Virus record (IMG/VR): IMGVR_UViG_3300009506_000019
Location: 102,062-166,061 of that record
Direction: 5' to 3' (one strand)
DNA: 64,000 bases
From: a virus
A program made the translations under genes and the position numbers. The notes under the pieces were generated by a model. The model did no database searches, was not told where the DNA came from, and saw only the letters and a program-made list of their open reading frames with translations. Each line of letters opens with the position of its first letter. The first letter of the stretch is position 1. Below, in pieces: positions 55,820 through 64,000 of the stretch.

Positions 55820-56617
55820 CTAGTTGGGCAGTTTGAACTCTTTCTTGGTGAGGTCCATTGCCGCACCAGCCTCTTCCACGAATAGCATCGCAACTCTTTG
55901 GGTAGCGATGCCCTCGAATGCTTCTACAACTTCATCGCTCACGTTTTGCCTTCTCATGATTGATGCAAATGCATCAAACTCACTCTTGAGTTTACCGATA
56001 AGGTTTTTCGTGAACGCTTCAATAATGAATTTTGCAGCTACAGCAATCAACTTGTCGCCTTGCCGCATCTTGGATATTTCAGCCAAGATAGACTTCTGCG
56101 TGTTGATCATCGATACGTAAGTCTGAATCTTGTTTTGAGACCACGCCTCGCCTCCGTTGGGGACACCAACTTTCAGCGAAGAATCATATTCGTAAATTTT
56201 GTTGCGAATCTCGCTGAAATGAGCATAGAGCTTACAAAGCTCGTCATACTCATCAAAATTTTCTTTGTTGATTCCAGCGAGAATCCTCTCGTCTACAAGA
56301 GGATTTCCAATTTTTGGAACCCATTCTTCTCTGGCCGCATGGATCTCGGCCAAAGTTTGCAGTGGGGCATGGCTTTCAAAGTGTCGCCATACAGACTTCT
56401 TCATAGGAGGCTTAAATTGGTCTGATAGCCCCAACTTCGCAATGTACTCTTTAGTATTGCTGGAGATAGTACCGTATGGTGTCCCCTGCATAGCCTGGTC
56501 ACGCACAAACTTGTACAAGTCGTATTCACGACTATCGGCTACTCCCTTCGACCACTGACACAATTTGCATTGTGGTTCGAAACGAGGAGCCTGAACGCTA
56601 TCAGGGTCCTTCGCCAT
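55820..56617 (-). CDS. Zn-finger/HTH protein, putative terminase small subunit
   Basis: CKLC...VWRHFESH followed by helical region; upstream of TerL. Confidence 0.5.
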   Translation of the reverse strand: MAKDPDSVQAPRFEPQCKLCQWSKGVADSREYDLYKFVRDQAMQGTPYGTISSNTKEYIAKLGLSDQFKPPMKKSVWRHFESHAPLQTLAEIHAAREEWVPKIGNPLVDERILAGINKENFDEYDELCKLYAHFSEIRNKIYEYDSSLKVGVPNGGEAWSQNKIQTYVSMINTQKSILAEISKMRQGDKLIAVAAKFIIEAFTKNLIGKLKSEFDAFASIMRRQNVSDEVVEAFEGIATQRVAMLFVEEAGAAMDLTKKEFKLPN

Positions 56618-56618
56618 G

Positions 56619-57344
56619 TTACTTCACCAGCTTTTTGGCCTGCTTCTGAATGTCTTTTGCCTTCGACCCAACGACCTCAGACAGCTTGTCCAGATCCGCC
56701 TCTGCAATGCTGGCATAGGTAGTGAAACCAGACTCATAGAGCTTCTGCTCCACGGCTTCACCAACACCTTTGATCTCGGTGAGATTATCTGGCGTTGCTT
56801 CCTTACCTTCATCGTTGAGAAGGCCAGTGTCGGTCTCTTCAACTGGCTCTTCAGCCGGTGGCTCTTCAGCCGGTGGCTCTTCAGCCGGTGGCTCTTCAGC
56901 CGGTGATGGATTGGCTTCGCCAGCTGCCTCTGCCTCATGCTGGTCCACTGCTGCCAACACTGCGCCCTGGCCCATGTCCGGGCTGGTTACATCCTCACGT
57001 GGCTTCGGAACAGGAGGAGACTTCTTGTCCTCCTCTGTAACAGCCCTTTCGATACCGAAGAGCTTCTCCATGTCCACTGGCTTGCCGTCGTCATCGCACA
57101 CATAGGTATGCAACAAATTGGGCTTGAGCAACCGGAGAGAATCACGACTGAACTTCACAGACTCGTGAGCCTTTTCGACGGAGCCGCCAAAATGAGGAAG
57201 AATGTCCACAGACTGACCACGTGGAATGCTCAGAGCAACCACAGGACCAGGACGATGAAGATTCTTCCTGTTGTACGACGGATTTGGAGAATGCAGATTA
57301 ACCTGCAAACCCCCAGGCCCGACATTGACCAACATGTACTTCAT
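56619..57344 (-). CDS. Protein with C-terminal helix-hairpin-helix domain
   Basis: DNLTEIKGVGEAVEQKLYESGFTTYASIA; PAEEP linker. Confidence 0.7.
   Translation of the reverse strand: MKYMLVNVGPGGLQVNLHSPNPSYNRKNLHRPGPVVALSIPRGQSVDILPHFGGSVEKAHESVKFSRDSLRLLKPNLLHTYVCDDDGKPVDMEKLFGIERAVTEEDKKSPPVPKPREDVTSPDMGQGAVLAAVDQHEAEAAGEANPSPAEEPPAEEPPAEEPPAEEPVEETDTGLLNDEGKEATPDNLTEIKGVGEAVEQKLYESGFTTYASIAEADLDKLSEVVGSKAKDIQKQAKKLVK
56844..56903. repeat. Four perfect 15-bp tandem repeats (TGGCTCTTCAGCCGG) encoding PAEEP
   Basis: Read directly from the sequence. Confidence 0.95.
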
Positions 57345-57355
57345 TTGATGCCTCC

Positions 57356-60300
57356 TTAGCGGATTCCAGACAGTGGAATGGGTTCATCCACATCGCCGTT
57401 ATAGCCAAGTGTCGGCACGCCACGGGTCTCACTGCAGCGCACCTTGATCTGAGCCACACCGGCATCTTTGTCAAATTCCATGATTCGGACGCGACCCATT
57501 ACACCAAAGTCATGGAATTCCTTGGTGCTCTCGAGTCCCTTCACGTACGAAATCAATGATTGTTGAATGTTTTGATCACTCATGTCAACCATGACATCCG
57601 GATCCCAAGACACATCCATGTAGATGTATCCGTTGTCCGACGACGAAGTAGTCGAATACATACGCGTGATCTTGAAACGTGTTCTCAACCGCGATGGCTG
57701 CGTACGATGATCCTTGTGATCGTAATCCTTCTTGTCGTCTTTGCCCGGAGCGTTGTGAGTAACTGGTCCTGGCGCTGCATCAGATTGTCTTCTCATGGAT
57801 GCATACTCCATCTGAAAGCCCTGTGGCAAAGTCGAAGTCCCAATTGGGACTTGTGATGTATCTACCTGCTGCTGAGGCTTCTTCTTTTGTTGTAGTTGAC
57901 GGATATCAATCGGTTGCTTCTTCTGTTGTTGTGGTGGAAGCTCAACCTGCAGTTGCTCCTGCATTTCCTCTGCTGGTGGCGGAGGAGGAGTAGCCTTTGG
58001 CTTTGCCTTCGGCTTGGGTTGTGGCTTTGTCTTCGGCTTGGACTTCGCAGGTGCTGGTGGCGGCGGAGCTTGTACCACTGGCGGCGCAGCAGGTGCTTTT
58101 GGTGGAGTAGGCTCTTCGCTTACAACCTCGAAATCACCCTGCTGAAGCTCTATCTCTTCTGGCCCACCTTCAGTAGGACCCTCACCACGCTCTGGTTTTG
58201 GCTTTCCTTTGTTGCGAAGCTCTTTTTGCTTCTTGCGCCAATCCTTTGTCTCTTGCTCGAGTCCCTTGAATTTTTGACTTTGCCACCGCTTTTGATATTG
58301 GTTTATGATTTTCTTCATCTGCTTGAGAGCCCTTGGTGACTCTCTAAGAGCATAAACCAAAGCGTAACCCTGACCACGTGGTGTAAGTGTCTTTTCCTTG
58401 ACCTTATCTACCAAGAAGTTGGGATTCTTTCGCAAAAAGTCAAATATCAATGAATGCACAGCCGAATAGACCTGTGGATCTTCCTCGGCCGCAGACAAGG
58501 CCCATTGTGCCACATTCAGGATGTTCTTGAGTTCTGCTGGGCTGGCCTTCGCTGGTTGCTGCTTTCCAAAACCAAACAACGCTTCAACGTCGCCATCTGC
58601 TTCGATACCAGCATCGGCGCGTTTGTGGACAATATCATCCAGAATGACACCAGCGATTGTCATATCATCGATGAAATCAATGTCGGCAGGAATTCCTCTA
58701 TCTATACATGTCTTGATAGACATGTGTTTGAACATCTCAACCTGACCAAGACGTTCTTTTGCCTTCTCTTTGCTATCATAGCAACCACCGGACCACTTCG
58801 GGTTGCCTTTGCTTTTGACGCAATATTTGCCACCCTCTTCTTTGATATAGCCAGCGTAATCAGACGCGATTTTCTTGTATCGCTCAGCTTCTTTGTTGGA
58901 AGCTTCCTTCTTTTCTGGCTCCTCTGCTGGCTCCTCCTTTTTAGGAGCTGATTCTTGTGGTGATGGGCCTGTGCCATCATGTGTACGACGTGGAATATCG
59001 CGCACAAGGGCCTCACCATACCACTTGTCATTGTAAACACCGCTACCAAAGTAGTTAGTCCAGTAGTCCTTGGTCATCTGGTCTACTTGAGCGGTCTTTT
59101 TCTTGTGTGTCTTGCGTGGGATATCCCGCGTGAACATCTTGCCGTAGTCTTTGAAATAACCAGACCAATATTCTTTGGCCTTTGGATCAACGGCAAGCTT
59201 CACCAAACGAGCATCGTATGCTGCTTGTGCTTCAGCACTGTAACCACCAAATTCACTGAGAACATCATCGGCTGCCATCAAACAGGCATCGTAGTCAGCA
59301 AGCTTCGCGATTTCACGATCAGCTGAGAAATTGAATCCGTACTCTTGCACAGACTCAGGACCAATCGGTGTGTTCAACATGACCATAGGCAGATTGCCCT
59401 GGTCATCGACCTGCACAAATCCATGTACAGGTTGCATGTCTGGTCCCTTATTGGACTCGTTGAACAACTGACCGCTTCTTGAGATATACATGTGGCTCAA
59501 GTCATCATTCTCATCCTTTGCCTGAAGGATGAAAGGAACTCGAACCACTCGATTCTCTGGATCGCCAGCCATCTCCACACTCTTCTGTGGGACAGCGTAA
59601 AAATCAGGATTGCTATCATTGAAACGAGCAAGGACCCACCGCGCTGCACGCACGAGATCTCTATACTCATCACCGCTACCAGGATCGCCAACTTGTGCCT
59701 CGTATGGCATGCCAAAGACAGTAGGGCCAATATCATCAAAAGTGACTATGCTGGCCTCCATCTTCTTCAATTTCTGATAGTATTTTTGGTCTTCGGTGAG
59801 ATGGTCCATCGCGATCTCACGCGCAAGCGATGGATCATCGGTATGCTCCATTTCGACATTTATTCCCTCTTCTAATGCAAAGGGACAAAAATCGTCTGGA
59901 GTTTTGTCGTCAGCGAGACCACCAGGAAGTTGATCCTTGTATTCTTCACCAGATTTGTCAGGTGTTTTTACAATATGATGAGTGCCTTCTGGCAAAGCAT
60001 CTGGATTGTCCAGATACTCACCAGGATCGGTACCTACCTCAGATTCACCGCCAGACATATTCTGAATAAATTGGTGTTCTGCAAAATCACGATAATCTTT
60101 AGGTACCTCATCTTGAACAGCAACAACACCAGTGCCTTCTACTGGTTCACCAGAAAGAGGCCGACCACGATTCAATTGGTCGCCACCCTGTGGCTTGTCG
60201 TCTTCCATGGCTACGATTTCGAAGATGAGACCGATTTCTCTATTCTCACCATCTACTGCATCAACCAGACGCCAATCTGGATAATGATCCGCAGCCCATT

Positions 60301-60781
60301 TGATCAGATCATCGTCTGTTGGACGACGTTCTTTGTATGCAACGCGAGCACAGCAACGATTCATCATCTCGATTGCTGGTTTGCTCACCAATTCGATTGT
60401 CGGCATTGTGTGCCGACGCATTGCTTCCTTGATCTTGTCTGACTCAGGAGTTACCGCAGCTAGTTTTCCCTCAGGAACAAGATACGATTCTCCAGCAGAG
60501 ATCTCAACGATGTAATCGCGACCGCTCTTTGAAGCCACACGACCACGATATTCAGTTCCATCAGGTGCGCGAAACTCCACCAACGTACCAGACGGATACT
60601 TGTCATCTTCTGACGAAGGGTTGTCAACCAGACTACCAAGAGTCCTTTTGATACTCCAGGAGTCCTTGTTGGCGATGCCAGTCAGGTCAGCCGGGTTGAA
60701 CTTCTTCTGATTGAATACATTTCCGGCGTCCTGATTCCCCAGGGTTTGCCGGATAAATCTGTCATCATTGATGACCGGCAT
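57356..60781 (-). CDS. Large modular head polyprotein with DUF5661-like module
   Basis: GGLAD...GINVEMEHTDDPSLAREIAMDHLTEDQKYYQKL; two YWxxYF modules; Pro/Lys linker. Confidence 0.68.
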   Translation of the reverse strand: MPVINDDRFIRQTLGNQDAGNVFNQKKFNPADLTGIANKDSWSIKRTLGSLVDNPSSEDDKYPSGTLVEFRAPDGTEYRGRVASKSGRDYIVEISAGESYLVPEGKLAAVTPESDKIKEAMRRHTMPTIELVSKPAIEMMNRCCARVAYKERRPTDDDLIKWAADHYPDWRLVDAVDGENREIGLIFEIVAMEDDKPQGGDQLNRGRPLSGEPVEGTGVVAVQDEVPKDYRDFAEHQFIQNMSGGESEVGTDPGEYLDNPDALPEGTHHIVKTPDKSGEEYKDQLPGGLADDKTPDDFCPFALEEGINVEMEHTDDPSLAREIAMDHLTEDQKYYQKLKKMEASIVTFDDIGPTVFGMPYEAQVGDPGSGDEYRDLVRAARWVLARFNDSNPDFYAVPQKSVEMAGDPENRVVRVPFILQAKDENDDLSHMYISRSGQLFNESNKGPDMQPVHGFVQVDDQGNLPMVMLNTPIGPESVQEYGFNFSADREIAKLADYDACLMAADDVLSEFGGYSAEAQAAYDARLVKLAVDPKAKEYWSGYFKDYGKMFTRDIPRKTHKKKTAQVDQMTKDYWTNYFGSGVYNDKWYGEALVRDIPRRTHDGTGPSPQESAPKKEEPAEEPEKKEASNKEAERYKKIASDYAGYIKEEGGKYCVKSKGNPKWSGGCYDSKEKAKERLGQVEMFKHMSIKTCIDRGIPADIDFIDDMTIAGVILDDIVHKRADAGIEADGDVEALFGFGKQQPAKASPAELKNILNVAQWALSAAEEDPQVYSAVHSLIFDFLRKNPNFLVDKVKEKTLTPRGQGYALVYALRESPRALKQMKKIINQYQKRWQSQKFKGLEQETKDWRKKQKELRNKGKPKPERGEGPTEGGPEEIELQQGDFEVVSEEPTPPKAPAAPPVVQAPPPPAPAKSKPKTKPQPKPKAKPKATPPPPPAEEMQEQLQVELPPQQQKKQPIDIRQLQQKKKPQQQVDTSQVPIGTSTLPQGFQMEYASMRRQSDAAPGPVTHNAPGKDDKKDYDHKDHRTQPSRLRTRFKITRMYSTTSSSDNGYIYMDVSWDPDVMVDMSDQNIQQSLISYVKGLESTKEFHDFGVMGRVRIMEFDKDAGVAQIKVRCSETRGVPTLGYNGDVDEPIPLSGIR

Positions 60782-60792
60782 GTGGCAACCCC

Positions 60793-63700
60793 TTATTTCG
60801 ATTGCATGGACTGTGGAGCAGCCTTGCTTCTCGAGTCAAAATCCTTCATCAACTTACCCATCTCGGTTTCAGAATCGGAACCGAGACCTGTCTCTGGGAG
60901 AGAAACACCCTGTTGATCCGTGGCTGGATGTTGAGCCTTCGGCTTCCCAGCACCGAAATCACCAGGATCTTTGTTGTCAGAGTCTGCTTCAGTGCTGGTG
61001 TCAGCAAATGTTCCTTGCGGCTTCACCTGTGTCTTCGGCTTGCCAGGGGTCTTGATGTCTCCCTTGGTCTCGGAATCGGGACCAAGAACGCCGCTGCCTG
61101 TTCCAACAGAAACCGCATCAGGCTGCTGCATGTTGACATTGGTGCTTGGAAGATCTCCAGCACCCTTGACCATACCGATCTTGATTTGATCGAGGCCAAT
61201 ACCGAAAACCGTAGCAGCTACCTGCATCACGGTTTCTGGATCATAGCCATCACCGTAATCTTTCATGAACTGAGTGACAGCCTCGGTTACGCTGTTGCCT
61301 TGCGCTTGGTAGTGCATCATGGCAGCTTGGATCATCTGATGATCCGCGTATCCGATTTCTTCACCTGGCTCACCAATGTCAGGCACATCAGCAGCGGGAG
61401 GCATCGGGCCTTCTTCTGCTGGTGGCATCTCACCAGGTAGCTCTGCCAAATCCAACGGAGGCTCGCCCTGTCCCATCATGTCTCCGCTGGGAGCTGCTGG
61501 AGGTGCACCCATATCCTGAGCGATGGGTTGGAATCCAGCCTCAACCATGAAGTCCCAGATACCAGCCATCTTCTCATCGTCTGGTGAGATGGCATAGGCT
61601 TCAGCTCTGCAGCCTTCTGCCCCCATCGAGTCAGCACCCAGCATTTCTGCTGCCTTGGCGAATTTCTCACCAAACTCTTCTTGCAGTGGAAGTGGTGTGA
61701 ACGCAACGAGAGTTGTTTCTTCTCGTGCAGCACCGGATTTAAATGCAGCCTCGATCACACTGGCTGGCAGGACACACTGACAGTCATTGCAGCCAAGGTC
61801 CGTTGCGACTTTGGGCATCTCGAAGCTGTTGATGTTCCCGCAACCAGGACACGGAAGCCGCACACCTTCACGAACGTAGAACATCGGAGCTGGCGTTCCA
61901 GCAACCTTTTCTGTGCCGATGAGGTACATGAACTCGGAAATGGCAGAGTCCATATCAAACAGTTGATACTGCTTGTACCCCTGCTTGGTATCGAGTTGAA
62001 TGATGTTGCCCTGTTCTGTGCTGGCAATGTGCAACGAGAAATCTCTGAATTTCACAGGTTGCCCATCAACAAGCTTCTGTTCTACTGTTTCCGCTGAAAA
62101 ACCACGCTCAGCGGCACGCTCGAATGGATCGGTTGAAGCTTCCTTCTCTTCCTTCTTCTCGCCACCTTCTTCCTTCTTTTTCTTGATGTTCTCCAAGAAC
62201 TCAGGCGGCATATCACCAGCTTGCTTGATAGCAGCTTCGACAGTGTGCTTCAGCTCGTCCAAAGATCCGAGCCACCATGGTGGAGTCTGAGTTTGTTCGG
62301 CCAGCTTCTCGAGCGTGATCTTCGCTGCCATCTCAGAAAAGACAGGGTAATGATCCTGTCCATCATCGACCAACGGATGATCGGCCTTGAGCACAAATGC
62401 CTTCAGAACCTTTAAGCCGTCACCTGGCTTGTGATTCACAGCTGCAGGCTGCTGTTGATTGATCTCTGGCTCGAACTCAGGTTGGGATTTGCCCTTCCCC
62501 TTGCCCTTGCTTTTGGCAGCGGTTCTGCTGGCTGTTGCAGGAACCAACGACGGTTCTTGCTGTGCCATCTCTGGAACAGGAGAGGGAGCTTGTTGAGGAG
62601 ACTGCATCATCTCTTCGTCCGTTTCCTGCATCATGCTCTTGTACATGATCTTCTTGAGCTTGTTTGCGGCTCCTGGATCGGCCTGCAGACCATAGGCAAG
62701 AAGCTCACCATACTGCTTGGAGCCAGCCTGTGGCATCTGCATTTGTTGTGAATTGGCAAAGCTCTGCACGACCTTGTTTGCCAACTGCATGACCTGAGGA
62801 TTGTTCATCTCAGACATGACATCATTGGCAAGCTCGAGCATGTTTTCCGCAGACCATGGCTGACCATACGGTGTTTGGGCTGTCTTCTCGGACGGACACT
62901 CGCTGGCGGCACATTCTTCAGCAGATTCCTTGTCACCACCAGGCTTATATCCCTTGCCCTTCATCCACCACGCAAGAGCCCATGGATTGTCGATGTCCTT
63001 TTCCTTCTTCAGCTCTTTGACGGTGGGTTCCCATCCTGGAGGAGCGACGGCTTCCTTGGGAATGCCGTTTCCGGTTTCTGCTGCCCATCTGAACATTGCT
63101 TCTTGCTCTTGCAAGCAAGCCTGCATTGGCAGCACGCCAGTCCCATCGATTCCCAGCCCTGCCTTCTCTGAATCGCTGGCGGATTCAACATCCGCGTCAG
63201 CTTCCACATCAGGAGGAGCTTCTTGTGCTTCTCGTTGCAGACGATTCATAACACGCTCAGCTGCAACACCAACGTGTGCTCGACGAGCAGTACCAATGCT
63301 GGTATCGTCCTGAATCATCTGTTGTCCTGCATCAGAGGCAGCGGTCTTGCGAGCAACCAGCTCACGAATGAACGTACGTGCCCTGATACAATGGATGTCA
63401 TCACGATGGAGACCATGACGAATGATGGCGGTGTCGTAGTCCTCCTGAGAATCGATCTCGGCGGCGATTCTCGCAAGCTTTGCGACTGGCAGATTGTTGA
63501 ATGCCACCTTCGGCACCACTGCATCCACTACCTTGCCAACAAATGATCGCGGGCTTTGTGACTGATAGTGATCGCGGAGTCTGGTCAGGGCTCCGGCAGA
63601 GATAGTGCCCAGAGGTTCTTCATGCCAGAGACGTTCGAGATGGGTCGCGAAGCGCCTCAGACCGATATCCTGTTGATCTTTCTTTGCTGCCTGTTTGACA

Positions 63701-63972
63701 GCATTGAACACATCAAAGCGCATAGCAATAGGTGTGTCGTCTGGAAGCACGCGCTCACCGATGATTTGCAACAACTTCTGCTTTGCTGCTTCGAGAATCG
63801 GAAGCGAAGAAGCGAGCTGATGTCGCTCTTGAGCAGTAGCGGTTTCCCGCTCCTGAGCTGCATGGCGTTCCAGCAGCCAAGATGCGTTTTGGGCCAAAGG
63901 CCCATTCGGAGCGACGCGATCGTACTGAATCTGGCCGTTGCTCAAGCTCTTCAGTGCTTTACGAGTTTGCAT
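60793..63972 (-). CDS. Large modular head polyprotein with Zn-ribbon
   Basis: 1059 aa; APPGWE...NPWALAWWM module, DHYPV...PPWW module, CPGC...CNDC; many K-x-A sites. Confidence 0.62.
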   Translation of the reverse strand: MQTRKALKSLSNGQIQYDRVAPNGPLAQNASWLLERHAAQERETATAQERHQLASSLPILEAAKQKLLQIIGERVLPDDTPIAMRFDVFNAVKQAAKKDQQDIGLRRFATHLERLWHEEPLGTISAGALTRLRDHYQSQSPRSFVGKVVDAVVPKVAFNNLPVAKLARIAAEIDSQEDYDTAIIRHGLHRDDIHCIRARTFIRELVARKTAASDAGQQMIQDDTSIGTARRAHVGVAAERVMNRLQREAQEAPPDVEADADVESASDSEKAGLGIDGTGVLPMQACLQEQEAMFRWAAETGNGIPKEAVAPPGWEPTVKELKKEKDIDNPWALAWWMKGKGYKPGGDKESAEECAASECPSEKTAQTPYGQPWSAENMLELANDVMSEMNNPQVMQLANKVVQSFANSQQMQMPQAGSKQYGELLAYGLQADPGAANKLKKIMYKSMMQETDEEMMQSPQQAPSPVPEMAQQEPSLVPATASRTAAKSKGKGKGKSQPEFEPEINQQQPAAVNHKPGDGLKVLKAFVLKADHPLVDDGQDHYPVFSEMAAKITLEKLAEQTQTPPWWLGSLDELKHTVEAAIKQAGDMPPEFLENIKKKKEEGGEKKEEKEASTDPFERAAERGFSAETVEQKLVDGQPVKFRDFSLHIASTEQGNIIQLDTKQGYKQYQLFDMDSAISEFMYLIGTEKVAGTPAPMFYVREGVRLPCPGCGNINSFEMPKVATDLGCNDCQCVLPASVIEAAFKSGAAREETTLVAFTPLPLQEEFGEKFAKAAEMLGADSMGAEGCRAEAYAISPDDEKMAGIWDFMVEAGFQPIAQDMGAPPAAPSGDMMGQGEPPLDLAELPGEMPPAEEGPMPPAADVPDIGEPGEEIGYADHQMIQAAMMHYQAQGNSVTEAVTQFMKDYGDGYDPETVMQVAATVFGIGLDQIKIGMVKGAGDLPSTNVNMQQPDAVSVGTGSGVLGPDSETKGDIKTPGKPKTQVKPQGTFADTSTEADSDNKDPGDFGAGKPKAQHPATDQQGVSLPETGLGSDSETEMGKLMKDFDSRSKAAPQSMQSK

Positions 63973-64000
63973 GACCCATCTCCATCATTGCCGAGAATTT

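Larger units (their letters stand above)
1..64000 (-). mobile_element. Large myovirus-type bacteriophage genome segment: head, neck, tail and baseplate module
   Basis: TerL, portal, protease, MCP, sheath, tubes, TMP and baseplate J occur in canonical order, all on the minus strand with ATGA/TAATG/TGATG overlaps; no host housekeeping genes. Confidence 0.96.

Noticed and set aside
1-64000. Stop-codon reassignment, as in some large phages
   Set aside because: Coding density is near complete in code 11, and TAA, TAG and TGA all end genes at coupled junctions

Overview
The whole 64 kb is one continuous, minus-strand, very densely coded virion morphogenesis region of a large contractile-tailed (myovirus-type, probably jumbo) bacteriophage, read in the standard bacterial code. 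In transcription order (right to left) it holds: several large modular head or internal proteins (DUF5661-, DUF192-, HAD- and InPase-like modules), a putative TerS, TerL, portal, an HxH-repeat fibre with a DUF4376-like chaperone, a prohead protease with a nested scaffold start, a decoration protein, the major capsid protein, a membrane/lysis-like cluster, neck proteins, tail terminator, sheath, three tube paralogues, G/GT-type chaperones with a -1 slippery site, tape measure, baseplate hub/spike/wedge/J, and lectin/Ig-like receptor-binding candidates. The most unusual element lies directly downstream of the major capsid gene: about 190 nt of densely structured intergenic sequence (six hairpins, three with UUCG loops), then a gene whose first ~50 aa look like the PLMP/RRXRR RNA-binding domain of IscB (OMEGA) nucleases, fused not to RuvC/HNH but to a phage head-region protein that keeps its own internal RBS. 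A second notable pattern is a recurrent [KR]-x-A motif at module boundaries of most head-region proteins, suggesting protease-processed polyproteins. All assignments come from reading motifs and synteny by eye; no database search was run.
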